DNA of 64,000 nucleotides from Parcubacteria group bacterium Licking1014_17 (GTDB lineage Bacteria; Patescibacteriota; Minisyncoccia; 2-02-FULL-40-12; IGHO2-01-FULL-4-A). Shown in pieces: positions 10,240 to 20,549 of the stretch. The notes beneath the pieces are model-generated. The model saw only the letters and a list, made by a program, of their open reading frames with translations, searched no databases and was not told the DNA's origin. The translations under genes were made by a program, and so were the position numbers. Position 1 is the stretch's first letter. Every line of letters starts with the position of its first letter. Where the stretch lies: assembly GCA_007376485.1 (NCBI GenBank), contig VMGJ01000006.1:779-64778 (forward strand), in the 5' to 3' direction.

Positions 10240-11225
10240 ATTTTTATTTCCACCCAAATCGGTCCGGGAGTGAATTCTATTTCTTTATGGATATTGTCAT
10301 AAAATGATAATTTGCCCTTATCACCGCTTTTTTCCCACGTGCCCGCGATGGCTTCACCGTTTTTATAAATAGTCGCCTGTCCCGAGCCGGTGGTTGAAAC
10401 TCTTATGTAATCTTTATTAACCGGCAGCCAACTGGTGTTCATAATCACCACGTTCGCGGCTTCAACCTGCTTGCTGTTGTTAAAATCGGTTTCGAAAATG
10501 CCGACGCGCTGGCGCTTATAGGTGTTTTTAGCGCTGTCGTAAATCCACTTTACGGCAAAATCATCGGCGTAAATCATTGGCGGCGACTGATCGCCCTTGG
10601 AAACGGCTTTTGAATCATGTTTGTATCCAATAATCGGATTGTCCAGCGAGTAATCCAGCTCCTTGGCTTTATTTAGCAGGGATTTGAAACTGGTAAAACC
10701 GTTATGCGGCCTTGGCCTTTCGCTTTTTCTGTAATAAACCGTGCCGTCGTATTTTAAGCCGTCAATATTATCAATAACACTGGAATTCAACTCTTCCAAG
10801 GCTGTCGCCTCGCCTCCCCAGTGGCTGTATATGGCGCCTAACCCCAAAGCCAGCGGGATAAAATCAACACGCGACGACCTGATTGAGCCGATTTCTTTCG
10901 GCTGATTGCACTGGAAAACCGCCATCATTCTGGTAACGCCGCCGTCGGTAACCGGCATTTCAAAAACCATATCCGCCTCGCTGATGCCCGAAAGCGGCAT
11001 TGCTTCGGGGTCGGACGGAATCATCACGGCAACAGGCCTCGCGCCCGCGTTCTCGCAATTTACGCCGCTTAACGGGCCCGGTTTCAGATTGCCGGTGAAT
11101 TTTGACGGCAAAGGCGTCAGCAAGCCGGTCTGGTTTCCTATTTCAATTTTATTTTTTTGAAAAAACAAAAAAACAGCCAGGGCGATTAAAATCGGTATTG
11201 AAGAATATGCGAGAATTTTTTTCAT
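10236..11225 (-). CDS. DUF3048-like membrane-anchored protein
   Basis: RPVAVMI...GISEADMVFE...GGVTR...IGSIRSSR...PHN motifs. Confidence 0.82.
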   Translation of the reverse strand: MKKILAYSSIPILIALAVFLFFQKNKIEIGNQTGLLTPLPSKFTGNLKPGPLSGVNCENAGARPVAVMIPSDPEAMPLSGISEADMVFEMPVTDGGVTRMMAVFQCNQPKEIGSIRSSRVDFIPLALGLGAIYSHWGGEATALEELNSSVIDNIDGLKYDGTVYYRKSERPRPHNGFTSFKSLLNKAKELDYSLDNPIIGYKHDSKAVSKGDQSPPMIYADDFAVKWIYDSAKNTYKRQRVGIFETDFNNSKQVEAANVVIMNTSWLPVNKDYIRVSTTGSGQATIYKNGEAIAGTWEKSGDKGKLSFYDNIHKEIEFTPGPIWVEIKI

Positions 11226-11258
11226 ATGGATATTATAGCTCATTTTTGAAATTGACGG

Positions 11259-12149
11259 CTATTTTTTCTGATGGACCGGGCAAAAATGTGCCGAACGCCC
11301 GTTCAGGCGCAGACGCGATATGACTCCGCCGTCCTTTTTTGCGCACTTCTTGCCGGTTTGGTGGTAAGCTTTCTCCAGAAATTGGTAACCGCCCTTTTCG
11401 CCGTTCAGCATCCGGTAATCCGACTCACTCGTTCCTTTGGCTTTTATGGCTTCAAGAAGGACTTTTTCGGTAAATTTGTAAATGCCGGCGAGTTTTTCTT
11501 TGGATAATTTTTCAACTCTTGCCAAGGGATGAACACCGGCATGCCAAAGTATCTCATCGGAATATATGTTGCCGATTCCCGAAATTACATATTGGTCCAT
11601 CAGGACTTTTTTAATAGCACCCCTCTTTTTACCCAGCAACTTCAGAAAATATTCCAACGTAAAACTTTTATCAAGCGGTTCCGACCCTAATTTCCCAATA
11701 TCGCTTATGTTTTCTATCTTATCGGTTGAGCCCAAATAGATTCTGGCGAACCTTCTTAAATCGGAAAGAGCCAGCATGAAGCCGTTATTCAGGAAGAAAA
11801 TAAACCTGATATAGCGGTTATTCGGGTCATTGGCAAGCGGTCCGGACTGCGCGGAAACCCATTTTTCCTTGCTCCCCTTTTCGGCTTCTTTCCACTTTCC
11901 GTAAAGCAAATGGCCGGAAATTTTCTGATGTACAGCTATGGTTTTTCCGTTATTGAGGTCAACCAGTATGTATTTTGCCCTCCTCCGGACGCCGGTGATT
12001 TTCCCCCCGGTTATTCCTCTTCTAAATTCTTTCTCTCCGATTCCTTTTATGGTTTTAGGGCTGTCGCGCCAAATATCGGTAATCCTAACGCCCCTGGCTT
12101 TTCGATGGAGCTGGCGGACTATTGTTTCCACTTCGGGAAGTTCAGGCAT
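11259..12149 (-). CDS. mutM: formamidopyrimidine-DNA glycosylase
   Basis: MPELPEV start at 12149, GIGNIYSDE H2TH motif, C-terminal zinc-finger-like region. Confidence 0.95.
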   Translation of the reverse strand: MPELPEVETIVRQLHRKARGVRITDIWRDSPKTIKGIGEKEFRRGITGGKITGVRRRAKYILVDLNNGKTIAVHQKISGHLLYGKWKEAEKGSKEKWVSAQSGPLANDPNNRYIRFIFFLNNGFMLALSDLRRFARIYLGSTDKIENISDIGKLGSEPLDKSFTLEYFLKLLGKKRGAIKKVLMDQYVISGIGNIYSDEILWHAGVHPLARVEKLSKEKLAGIYKFTEKVLLEAIKAKGTSESDYRMLNGEKGGYQFLEKAYHQTGKKCAKKDGGVISRLRLNGRSAHFCPVHQKK

Positions 12150-12150
12150 A

Positions 12151-14763
12151 TTACAGTGGCGGTTCCATATCGGCCCAGTTCTTGCCGACTTTAACGTCAA
12201 TCGCCAGCGGCACTTTGAACTGGTAAATATGCTCCATTATTTCCTTAATGGCTTCGACCGCCGGCGACATTGATTTCTCGCGGATTTCAAAAAGCAGCTC
12301 GTCATGAATCTGCAGAAGCAAATTAACATCCTCTTCCCAGCCCTCCTTTTTTATCCTGTCATAAATCCTTCTCATGGCTATCTTCACGATATCCGCCACC
12401 GTGCCCTGGGTGGGCATGTTTATGGCCATTCTCTCGGCTTGAGCCTCAAGCTGGGGCATCTGGGAGTGGATTTCGGGCAGCAACCGGCGGTGCCCGAAGA
12501 GAGTTTCAACATAGCCGTCTTTTCTCACTTTCCGTTTCATTTCGTCCATATACCAGGCGATTCCCGAAAACTCTTTCAGATATTTTTCAATAAATTCATT
12601 GGCTTGTTTCCTGTCCATGCCCGCCGCCCGGGCAAATCCCGCCGGTCCCATGCCGTAAATAATGCCGAAATTCAGGACTTTCGCCTGCCGGCGCATTTCT
12701 TTCGTAACATCGCTGAAATCCACGTCAAACACCTCTGCCGCGGTGCGCGTGTGAATATCTTCATTCCTTTCAAACGCGGCAATCATGGTTTTGTCATCCG
12801 CTATGTGGGCAACGATGCGGAGTTCCACCTGGGAATAATCAAACGAAACCAGCATAAAACCCTCGCGGGCGATGAATGCCTTGCGGAATTTCTGCCCCAG
12901 CTCGGTGCGGGTCGGGATATTCTGCAGATTTGGATTCTGCGAAGCCAAACGCCCGGTAGCCGTGCCGGTCTGGTCATAAGTGGTGTGCAATCTTTTATCC
13001 TCGGGATCTATCAGAGTCGGAAACGGTTCGATATAAGTAGTTTTCAGTTTTTGAAATTCCCTGTGCTGTAAAATTAAATCAATAATCAGATGCTCGTCGC
13101 GCAATTTTTCAAGTTCCGGCGCCGCCGTCGACATCGCGCCGCCCCCAGTTTTTTTGATTTTGCCTTTTATGCCCAGTTTTCCAAAAAGGACTTCCGCAAC
13201 CTGTTGGGGCGAATTAATGTTAAATTCCCCACCGGCAATTTTGTAAATTTTAGTTTCAAGTTTGGCTATTTCCTTTTCAACGAGCTTTAGAAGCGCGCCG
13301 ACAACCTTTATATCAACCAAAACTCCCTTGTTTTCCATGTAAGCCAGCACTTCTATAAGAGGCATCTCAATCATCCGATAGGGTGCTTCCATTTTTTGAG
13401 CTTCCATCTCTTTTTCCAATTTTTCTCGGACTTTAAAAATATGGCTTAAAACCGAAACCGCGGAGTCGCCCGTTGATTTGGAAAAAAGCCGTTCGGCGAC
13501 CCCGGAAAAGTTGTAATCCCTGATCGGAAAGCCAAGCATATAAGACGCGATTTTAGAATCAAAAACAAGACCCTTTAGTTCAATACCCTCTTTCAGTAGC
13601 AATTTCACAGTTGGCTTCAAATCGTGCCCGATTTTTTGTATTTCCGGGTCTTCAAAAATCTTTTTCACCGGTTCCAAGGCAAGATTTTCACTTTTTACCG
13701 AATAAATACGCAACCCGTCGGGTGAAACAAGCAAGCCGTCTTCGTCCGCCGCTACGGCTACAGTTTTTATCTTACTCGATAATTCTTTCGCTTTTTCTTC
13801 GGTCAGTTCGGCAATCAGTTTTACCTGCTCGGTCGCGGGGATTTCTTTACTCGCGCCGTTTCCCTCTTTTTCAATTTCCGCCGCTTCCGAAAGCCGGTTC
13901 ATCAAACTGCTGAAGCCGAGCTCGCGGAACATGTCTTTGACTTTGGAAATATCGGCGTTTTTCCGCCAGTCGGCTTTCTCCAAAGAGAAATCCACGTCCA
14001 AGTCGCAAACAATCGTTGATAGTTGTTTTGAAAAGTACGCCTGCTCTTTGAATTCTTTCAGTTTCGCCTGGAGTTTTTCGGATATGTCTTTGGTTTTACC
14101 CTTTTCAAGCGCTTTATACAAAGAATCCAAATCGCCGTAATTTTTAATAAGCTCCGACGCGGTTTTGTCGCCAACCCCGGGAACGCCTGGAATATTATCC
14201 GACGGGTCGCCCTTAAGCCCTTTAAAATCGGGCATCTGCGAGGGATTTAATCCAAAACGTTTAATCACCGCATCTTCGTCGTAAATGACCGTATCAGCCA
14301 ATCCTTTTTTTAGAGTGAACACGGAGGTTTTATCCCCTTCCACCAATTGCAGTGTATCCAAATCGCCGGTAGCAATTATTGTTTTCAAATCTTTTATTTT
14401 TTTGCTTTTGGTCGCCAAAGTGCCGATAATGTCGTCCGCTTCATAGCCCTGCTGTTCGTAAACCGGCACCCCAAACGCCGCCAACAGATTTTTTACTATC
14501 GGCATCTGTTCGTAAAGTTCATCGGGCGCTTTCACGCGGTGGCTTTTGTATTCGGCAAACTCTTCGTGGCGAAAAGTCGGTCCCGCCAAATCAAAAGTAG
14601 CCGCGATGTAATCCGGCTTAATATCTTTGATTGCCCTCAATAGTATTGAAAAAAAACCAAATACGGCGTTGGTTAAAATCCCTTTTGGCGACTTTAAGGG
14701 CGGCAGGGCATGAAAAGCCCTATGAACCAAAGCGTTGCCGTCTATAAGCATCAGTTTTTTCAT
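12151..14763 (-). CDS. polA: DNA polymerase I
   Basis: LIDGN...RAFHA 5'-3' exonuclease; DYSQVELR, LQIHDELLFE. Confidence 0.97.
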   Translation of the reverse strand: MKKLMLIDGNALVHRAFHALPPLKSPKGILTNAVFGFFSILLRAIKDIKPDYIAATFDLAGPTFRHEEFAEYKSHRVKAPDELYEQMPIVKNLLAAFGVPVYEQQGYEADDIIGTLATKSKKIKDLKTIIATGDLDTLQLVEGDKTSVFTLKKGLADTVIYDEDAVIKRFGLNPSQMPDFKGLKGDPSDNIPGVPGVGDKTASELIKNYGDLDSLYKALEKGKTKDISEKLQAKLKEFKEQAYFSKQLSTIVCDLDVDFSLEKADWRKNADISKVKDMFRELGFSSLMNRLSEAAEIEKEGNGASKEIPATEQVKLIAELTEEKAKELSSKIKTVAVAADEDGLLVSPDGLRIYSVKSENLALEPVKKIFEDPEIQKIGHDLKPTVKLLLKEGIELKGLVFDSKIASYMLGFPIRDYNFSGVAERLFSKSTGDSAVSVLSHIFKVREKLEKEMEAQKMEAPYRMIEMPLIEVLAYMENKGVLVDIKVVGALLKLVEKEIAKLETKIYKIAGGEFNINSPQQVAEVLFGKLGIKGKIKKTGGGAMSTAAPELEKLRDEHLIIDLILQHREFQKLKTTYIEPFPTLIDPEDKRLHTTYDQTGTATGRLASQNPNLQNIPTRTELGQKFRKAFIAREGFMLVSFDYSQVELRIVAHIADDKTMIAAFERNEDIHTRTAAEVFDVDFSDVTKEMRRQAKVLNFGIIYGMGPAGFARAAGMDRKQANEFIEKYLKEFSGIAWYMDEMKRKVRKDGYVETLFGHRRLLPEIHSQMPQLEAQAERMAINMPTQGTVADIVKIAMRRIYDRIKKEGWEEDVNLLLQIHDELLFEIREKSMSPAVEAIKEIMEHIYQFKVPLAIDVKVGKNWADMEPPL

Positions 14764-15206
14764 AATATAAAAATTTTTCTGGTGTTTTCGTCCACGTGGC
14801 TGATTTTAACGATGGTAGCGCTTTTGGGTAAAATATCTTTCACTCTTTCAGCCCACTCTATCAATATTATATTAACAGAATTTTCCATTAATTCCTCTAC
14901 GCCGATGGTTTTCAAATCATCCCCTCCCGAAAGGCGGTAGGCGTCAATATGAACCAGATTTTCATATGGTTTGAATTTCAGTGCCAGCTCGTATTTTTTC
15001 ATTAAAACAAAAGTCGGGCTGGTGATGTGCTTTTTTATTCCAAGTGCCTTGGCAAAGCCCTGCGTGAAGGTCGTTTTTCCGGCGCCCAGTTCGCCCGAAA
15101 GAGCGATAACAGCCGCCCATTTCCCGGGCTTGGATTTTGATATTTTTCGGGCAAAATCCCCGGCTATTTTCTTTGTTTCTCGGACGCTTTTTGACAAAAA
15201 TTCCAT
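14760..15206 (-). CDS. tsaE: tRNA threonylcarbamoyladenosine biosynthesis ATPase
   Basis: GELGAGKTT, SPTF, HIDAYRL, IEWAE. Confidence 0.95.
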   Translation of the reverse strand: MEFLSKSVRETKKIAGDFARKISKSKPGKWAAVIALSGELGAGKTTFTQGFAKALGIKKHITSPTFVLMKKYELALKFKPYENLVHIDAYRLSGGDDLKTIGVEELMENSVNIILIEWAERVKDILPKSATIVKISHVDENTRKIFIL

Positions 15207-15214
15207 TGGTTAAG

Positions 15215-15276
15215 TCCCGTATGAAGTAAGAAACCTTCGGTTTCTGCCGAAATAACATTTCGGACTTCATACGGGA
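15215..15276. repeat. 62-bp palindromic mini-element sharing ends with the GIY-YIG element
   Basis: TCCCGTATGAAGT...ACTTCATACGGGA with two internal hairpins. Confidence 0.6.
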
Positions 15277-15323
15277 TAATGATAGCCCGCGACGGCCGCT
15301 TTTTCAAACTCTTTGGTGATGCC

Positions 15324-15475
15324 GGTGAATAACGCCTTTTATCGCCACTCGTCCCGCCAGCGACGGGACTCGTTCCGGTGAAATCGCAAATTCGGTCTGC
15401 GATGCTCGCGCGTATTATATCGTAAACCGACCGTGCAATTTGCGATTTCAACGGCGCTAAAAGGCATTATTCACC
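15324..15475 (+). repeat. structured dispersed element, copy C
   Basis: Outer stem GGTGAATAACGCCTTTTA/TAAAAGGCATTATTCACC; GTCCCG-CCAGCGA-CGGGAC side hairpin; ACCGTGC bulge. Confidence 0.7.
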
Positions 15476-15509
15476 TTACTAATGTCGCTGGCAAAGTCAC
15501 GCTGGCTCG

Positions 15510-15544
15510 CCCGCCTAAGTTTTGCGGAGCAAAATTTAGGCGGG
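15510..15544. repeat. REP-like palindrome CCCGCCTAAGTTTT...
   Basis: Palindrome; the same left arm occurs at 30444-30494. Confidence 0.55.
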
Positions 15545-15617
15545 CTCAAAGGCAGTTTACCCTCGGCGTAAAATAAAAGCCGTATCCTTTTCGTTGGATA
15601 CGGCTGCAAAGTTCTAA

Positions 15618-16358
15618 TCAGTTTTTGAATGGCGGAAGGATATGGACTACTCTCCCACCGGTTTCTGTCCTCTCTATGTCAATCCGGCACCAGACCTGTG
15701 CCGGCTCGCTCCGATACTCGGACCCCTTCGGGCAGTTGGGACATTGATTCTCCCACCTCACGTTTTCCCAGAAGTATGCTTGTATCGGTTTCGGCTGGTC
15801 GAGACCGACGGAAACCGATTCCCCGTTTTTCAACCCATCTCCGGCATCGGTAACACCGTTGCCGTTGATGTCAACGGGGCTGTCATCTAATATGACGATT
15901 ACCCCGTCGAACCCGGACTCATTGATAAATTTGTATTTGTAGTAAGTCCGGGTGGACTCTTGCCGTTGTTGTTCTTCTTTCATCATCTGGGAGTATGTTT
16001 CCTCCTGCTGCCGTTGTTTTTTTGCTTGGCGACGCTCATAAATGAGCGTGCCAATTGCCATACCCCCCTCGACTGTCGCCGCGGTGCGGTAAGCGGCCCG
16101 GTAGTTTCCGGTCGTCCCGTAAACCACCTGTCCCACAGCATAGCCGAGATTGCTCGGTGGTCCGTAGTATGAGCCATACGAATACGAACTTAACCGGTTG
16201 ACCAGACTCAGGTTGTTCTGAACAAGCCGGTCGACCTCGGAACCACCCTGGAACAGGTTCCCGCCGCGGAGTCTGTATCCGTGGCCGCGATGGCCCTGGG
16301 CGAATGCGGGGACAGTAACAAGAAGGGCGATGAAAACAAAAACTACTAATCTTTTCAT
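15618..16358 (-). CDS. secreted hypothetical protein
   Basis: Signal peptide ending AFA; RBS GGAGG. Confidence 0.75.
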   Translation of the reverse strand: MKRLVVFVFIALLVTVPAFAQGHRGHGYRLRGGNLFQGGSEVDRLVQNNLSLVNRLSSYSYGSYYGPPSNLGYAVGQVVYGTTGNYRAAYRTAATVEGGMAIGTLIYERRQAKKQRQQEETYSQMMKEEQQRQESTRTYYKYKFINESGFDGVIVILDDSPVDINGNGVTDAGDGLKNGESVSVGLDQPKPIQAYFWENVRWENQCPNCPKGSEYRSEPAQVWCRIDIERTETGGRVVHILPPFKN

Positions 16359-16503
16359 TTCGAACCTCCTCCGCTTGAAGAGCGGATTAAAAGGGTTAAG
16401 TTGTCAAGTTTCTATCAAGTTCTTAAATTATAGCAAATACAGGCGAATATGTCAATACAAAAAGAAGCCCCAAAAGGGACCCCCTCAATTAACCCCATAT
16501 TTA

Positions 16504-17352
16504 TTAGCTATTTCGTATCTTTTTGAGTATTTCTATATCTTTTTGCCTACCCTCGCCTTCGGTCTCAATAATCCAGTCAATTTGTGAGAATTCCTTGGTT
16601 TTCAGCAGAATGGCCAGTCCTTCCTCCCCTATTTCTCCTTTTCCGATGTGTTCGTGTCTGTCTTTTTTACTGCCCAATGGGTAAACCGAATCATTGACAT
16701 GGACAAGTTTCAGAGCGTCAATGCCAACTTTGTCACTGAACTCTGTCATCATTTTGTCACGATCTTTTATTGTGACAAAATTGTAACCGGCGGCGAATGA
16801 GTGACAAGTGTCAAAACACACTCCGCCAAACCAATTCAGGCTTTTTGTCACAGTGACAATTGTCGCGATGTCATCAATCGTGTCACCCATTATGTCACCC
16901 GAACCGGCTGACATTTCAATCAGGAACTTTGTGTCACCATCATAATCATCCAATACTTTCTTGATTCCGTCAATAACCTTTTCCAGCCCCTCTTTTTCAG
17001 TCCTGCCCTTATAGGAGCCAAGGTGGGTCATAAGGTATTTTGCGCCCAATACACTCCCCCGTTCCAATTCTTCCCTAAGTACGCTTATTGACCCATATCG
17101 GATTCTGGGTTCCAGCGAGGCAAGATTAATAAAATAGGGTGCGTGTATGTAAAAACGGTCCATTTTATTCTTTTTCAGTTCAGATTTAAACTTTTCAGCT
17201 ATTTCAGGGCTTATTTCCGGCGCCGGACCACCCTGCGGGGGGCGCGTAAAACACTGAAATGTCTCGCATCCTTCTTCTACGGCTCTGCTTGGTGCCTTAA
17301 TAATGCTCTCTTTTATGGATATATGAGTTCCTATCTTGTTGGTTGGCGTCAT
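16504..17352 (-). CDS. nfo: endonuclease IV
   Basis: HAPYFINL, DTCHSFAAG, HVNDS, DRHEHIG, ET metal ligands. Confidence 0.95.
   Translation of the reverse strand: MTPTNKIGTHISIKESIIKAPSRAVEEGCETFQCFTRPPQGGPAPEISPEIAEKFKSELKKNKMDRFYIHAPYFINLASLEPRIRYGSISVLREELERGSVLGAKYLMTHLGSYKGRTEKEGLEKVIDGIKKVLDDYDGDTKFLIEMSAGSGDIMGDTIDDIATIVTVTKSLNWFGGVCFDTCHSFAAGYNFVTIKDRDKMMTEFSDKVGIDALKLVHVNDSVYPLGSKKDRHEHIGKGEIGEEGLAILLKTKEFSQIDWIIETEGEGRQKDIEILKKIRNS
16695..16937. repeat. TGTCA/TGACA motif array inside nfo
   Basis: About 15 TGTCR/YGACA pentamers counted in ~240 bp, including TGTCACAGTGACA at 16846. Confidence 0.55.
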
Positions 17353-17762
17353 AATATATCGCCGGCAATATTTTTCAGGTGTTTAATACTTGCCCTACTC
17401 ATATCATTATTGAACGTGACCGCGATAATATCAACCTGCCACTCGCAATCCTTTTTATGTTCACTAGCTATGAATAAGCTCGCGGCTTTGACAATTTTCG
17501 CGCTTTTCCGGGCGTCAACCCGCAGTTCCGGGCTGAAACTAGCGTAATTGGTTCTATTTGCCTTAACCTCAACAAAATATACTATACTGTCTTTCCGTGC
17601 GATTATATCTATCTCACCCCACGGCTTCCGGTAGTTTCTGGTCAATATTTCATAACCGTTTGACTCAAGGTAGTAACTGGCGACATCTTCAGCGTAGTTG
17701 CCGAAATCCTTGGTATTTATAGGGTTTTTGATATTGACATAATTCACAATATATTTTATCAA
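17349..17762 (-). CDS. yraN: YraN family endonuclease-like protein
   Basis: G..AE...YL...GY....RNY....GEIDIIA......FVEVK; exact start uncertain. Confidence 0.88.
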   Translation of the reverse strand: MIKYIVNYVNIKNPINTKDFGNYAEDVASYYLESNGYEILTRNYRKPWGEIDIIARKDSIVYFVEVKANRTNYASFSPELRVDARKSAKIVKAASLFIASEHKKDCEWQVDIIAVTFNNDMSRASIKHLKNIAGDIL

Positions 17763-17952
17763 CAGGTTTCAGTTGACCCAAAAAGCTGGTGTGTTAGGAT
17801 TCAGTCCTGGCGCTAATACGGTGTTACAGACAAGACGAGGTGTTCAAGATAAGCTGGAAAGCCGCCAAACTAATAAAAAACCTCAATTCTAATCTTTATC
17901 GCAAAACTAACACATTAAGACTCGTTCTAACAAACGTTTGGCTTATAAAGTC

Positions 17953-18984
17953 ATGAAAAACGACAAAGTCGCCGTCGTTTCGGTTTTATTATTTACCCTT
18001 TTTCTCTTAATTTTTAAAAGCGGTCCGGAAGGGCAGGGAAGTTTTATAAAATACGCGATGGGTAAATATATTGATGAAACAGCGGCTTCAGTTGTGACTG
18101 GTGTCAGCAATGGCGGCATGAATGATGATGGAGACGTTATGGCTTACCCGGGTATGTGGGATAACCGCAAATCAACAATGATGACAACGGTGCAAGATAT
18201 TGCCGTTGTTTCACGGGAAACAGTCCTGACGGACGTCTATGATGAGGGAATAGGCGGCCGGGGTTCAATTATTACTTACGAAGTTCAGGAGGGCGACAGT
18301 TTGTCTTTTATCGCTTTTGATTTCGGCTTGAACATAAATACTCTGCTTTGGGCCAATAATTTAAGCAATCCCGACCAATTAAAACCGGGGATGGAGCTCC
18401 AAATTCCGCCGACCGATGGCGTTATTCACAAGGTTAAAGCAGGGGAAACAATAGAAACTATCGCCAAAAAATACCAATCGGATGTCCAAAAAATCTTTGA
18501 TTTTAACGGCTTGTCCAAGTCCGGGAGTCTGCAAATTGGCTCGGTTCTGGTAATCCCCGACGGTAAAATATCCAAGAGCGGTTCTGCAGTATTAGCCCAA
18601 AACAGCTCAAGTCCCTTTTCGTATCTGCCTAATTTGGGTAGTTTCTTTATGCTACCGACTGTCGGCTTCAATTGGGGGGTGATCCACAGCCGGAACGGCG
18701 TAGATATCGCCAATTCATGCGGCACATCTATAGTCGCCGCGGCTGATGGAGTAGTTACTTATGCCGTGAATATAGGCTGGAACAGCGGTTATGGTGAGTT
18801 TATAAAAATATCCCACGCCAACAATACGGAAACCATTTACGCTCATTTCAGCAAAGTCCTCGTTGCTATCGGCCAGCGCGTGGCAAGGGGTGAAATTTTG
18901 GGTCTAATGGGCACAACCGGCCATTCCACGGGCTGCCACCTGCATTTTGAAGTTCATGGCGCGAAAAACCCGCTTGCCAAGTAA
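17953..18984 (+). CDS. LysM + M23 peptidoglycan peptidase
   Basis: Two LysM repeats; GVDIA, YAH, STGCHLHFE. Confidence 0.9.
   Translation: MKNDKVAVVSVLLFTLFLLIFKSGPEGQGSFIKYAMGKYIDETAASVVTGVSNGGMNDDGDVMAYPGMWDNRKSTMMTTVQDIAVVSRETVLTDVYDEGIGGRGSIITYEVQEGDSLSFIAFDFGLNINTLLWANNLSNPDQLKPGMELQIPPTDGVIHKVKAGETIETIAKKYQSDVQKIFDFNGLSKSGSLQIGSVLVIPDGKISKSGSAVLAQNSSSPFSYLPNLGSFFMLPTVGFNWGVIHSRNGVDIANSCGTSIVAAADGVVTYAVNIGWNSGYGEFIKISHANNTETIYAHFSKVLVAIGQRVARGEILGLMGTTGHSTGCHLHFEVHGAKNPLAK
18207..18222. promoter_or_regulatory. parS-like site
   Basis: TGTTTCACGGGAAACA, 1 mismatch to TGTTTCACGTGAAACA; encodes VSRET. Confidence 0.75.
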
Positions 18985-18995
18985 TAAAAGTAAGA

Positions 18996-19011
18996 TGTTT
19001 CATGTGGAACG
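18996..19011. promoter_or_regulatory. parS-like site (intergenic)
   Basis: TGTTTCATGTGGAACG. Confidence 0.6.
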
Positions 19012-19013
19012 TT

Positions 19014-20549
19014 TTAGGACTCGGCAATAACTCTGAGATTTATGGCTTCGGCGACGTGAGGCAGTTCAACTTTTTCAACAGCTTCCAAATCGGCGATGGT
19101 CCTGGCTAATTTCATGATTTTATGCTGGGACCGTGCCGATAAACCAAAAGTTTCATCGGCTTTTCTTAATAAGTTCAAAGCTTCAGCGGTCAGATTGCAA
19201 TAATTGGGTATTTCCTTTGGTCCCATCTCCGAATTGGTTTTTAATGTTGCGTTTTTAAATCTTTCCGATTGGATTTTTCTCACGTTCAGCACCATATTTT
19301 TGGCTTTTTCAGCGGTAATACCGCTAAAGTTGCCGTGAATTTTATCAAATGTTTCACGGGGAACATTTATCTGGATATCTATTCTGTCTAATAAGGGTCC
19401 GGAGAGCCTGCTTCTGTATTTGGCGATCATGGCGGGGGAGCAGAGGCATTCTCTTGAGATGTCGCCGTTATTTCCGCATGGGCAGGGATTCATAGCGCCA
19501 ACAAGCATAAATTTGCAGGGAAATTTAACGTTATACGCGGCGCGGGAGATAACAATATCGCCATTTTCTATTGGTTGGCGCAGAGATTCCAGAACACCTC
19601 TTGGAAATTCGGGAATTTCATCCAGAAAGAGAATACCCCTGTGGGCTAAAGATATTTCTCCGGGTTTGGGTACGTTTCCGCCGCCCACGATAGCGACGGG
19701 GGATATCGTATGGTGGGGATTTCTAAAGGGGCGTGCCACAAGAAGCGGTTTATCCTGTGTTAACCCGCAAACACTGTATATTTTTGTTACTTCTATCGAT
19801 TCTTCAAAATCCATAGGAGGCAATATTGAGGTTAGGGAGCGGGCAAGTAACGTTTTACCCGATCCCGGAGGGCCGGACATTAAAATATTATGGCCGCCGC
19901 TGGCGGCAATAATTAACGCTCTTTTAGCGCTTTCCTGGCCTTTTATGCTGTCAAAGGTGAGGCCATCGCCGGATTCGTGCTTTGAGACAAAGGACTCAAA
20001 GTCCAGAGGTTCTGCCTGCGGCTGGACAACTGATTTATCCAAGTGTTCCGTAGCTTCTTTAAGCGAAGATACACCGGTTATTCTTATGTTTTTTACTATC
20101 TGGGCTTCGGATATGTTTTCCCGGGGTAAAATCACCTCCTTAAAGCCAGTTTTAGAGGCCGCAAAAACAGTAGGTAAAACACCATTTACCCGACGAATAG
20201 AGCCGTCCAGAGACAATTCGCCCAAAAAAATAATCCCTTGAGGATTAAATTTCACTTGGTCGGTACTCAGCAAATAACCCACGGCTATCGGTAAATCATA
20301 AGCGGAACCCTCCTTTTTCATATCGGCCGGAGCCAAATTGACAATCACTCTCCGGTTTTTCTGGCTGGGCGTGCCAAACCCGCAGTTCCTGATCGCGGAA
20401 GCTATCCTATCCTTTGATTCTTCTACGGATTTGTCAGGAAGACCCACAATATTAAAAAAGTGCAGGCCCGGCGTCGAGTCCACTTCAACATCAACTATAT
20501 TCGCGTCTAAGCCCACAATTCCGGCGGAATATACCCTGACCGAGCTCAT
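19014..20549 (-). CDS. comM: YifB/ComM Mg-chelatase-like AAA+ ATPase
   Basis: IVGLPDKSVEES, NLAPAD, GPPGSGKT, PGEISLAHRG, LSGPLLDRID. Confidence 0.95.
   Translation of the reverse strand: MSSVRVYSAGIVGLDANIVDVEVDSTPGLHFFNIVGLPDKSVEESKDRIASAIRNCGFGTPSQKNRRVIVNLAPADMKKEGSAYDLPIAVGYLLSTDQVKFNPQGIIFLGELSLDGSIRRVNGVLPTVFAASKTGFKEVILPRENISEAQIVKNIRITGVSSLKEATEHLDKSVVQPQAEPLDFESFVSKHESGDGLTFDSIKGQESAKRALIIAASGGHNILMSGPPGSGKTLLARSLTSILPPMDFEESIEVTKIYSVCGLTQDKPLLVARPFRNPHHTISPVAIVGGGNVPKPGEISLAHRGILFLDEIPEFPRGVLESLRQPIENGDIVISRAAYNVKFPCKFMLVGAMNPCPCGNNGDISRECLCSPAMIAKYRSRLSGPLLDRIDIQINVPRETFDKIHGNFSGITAEKAKNMVLNVRKIQSERFKNATLKTNSEMGPKEIPNYCNLTAEALNLLRKADETFGLSARSQHKIMKLARTIADLEAVEKVELPHVAEAINLRVIAES
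19350..19365. promoter_or_regulatory. parS-like site
   Basis: TGTTTCACGGGGAACA; encodes VPRET in comM. Confidence 0.68.

Noticed and set aside
12304-13071. Long antisense ORFs (e.g. 255 aa opposite polA, 273 aa opposite comM)
   Set aside because: These are shadow frames of conserved genes with no recognisable motifs.
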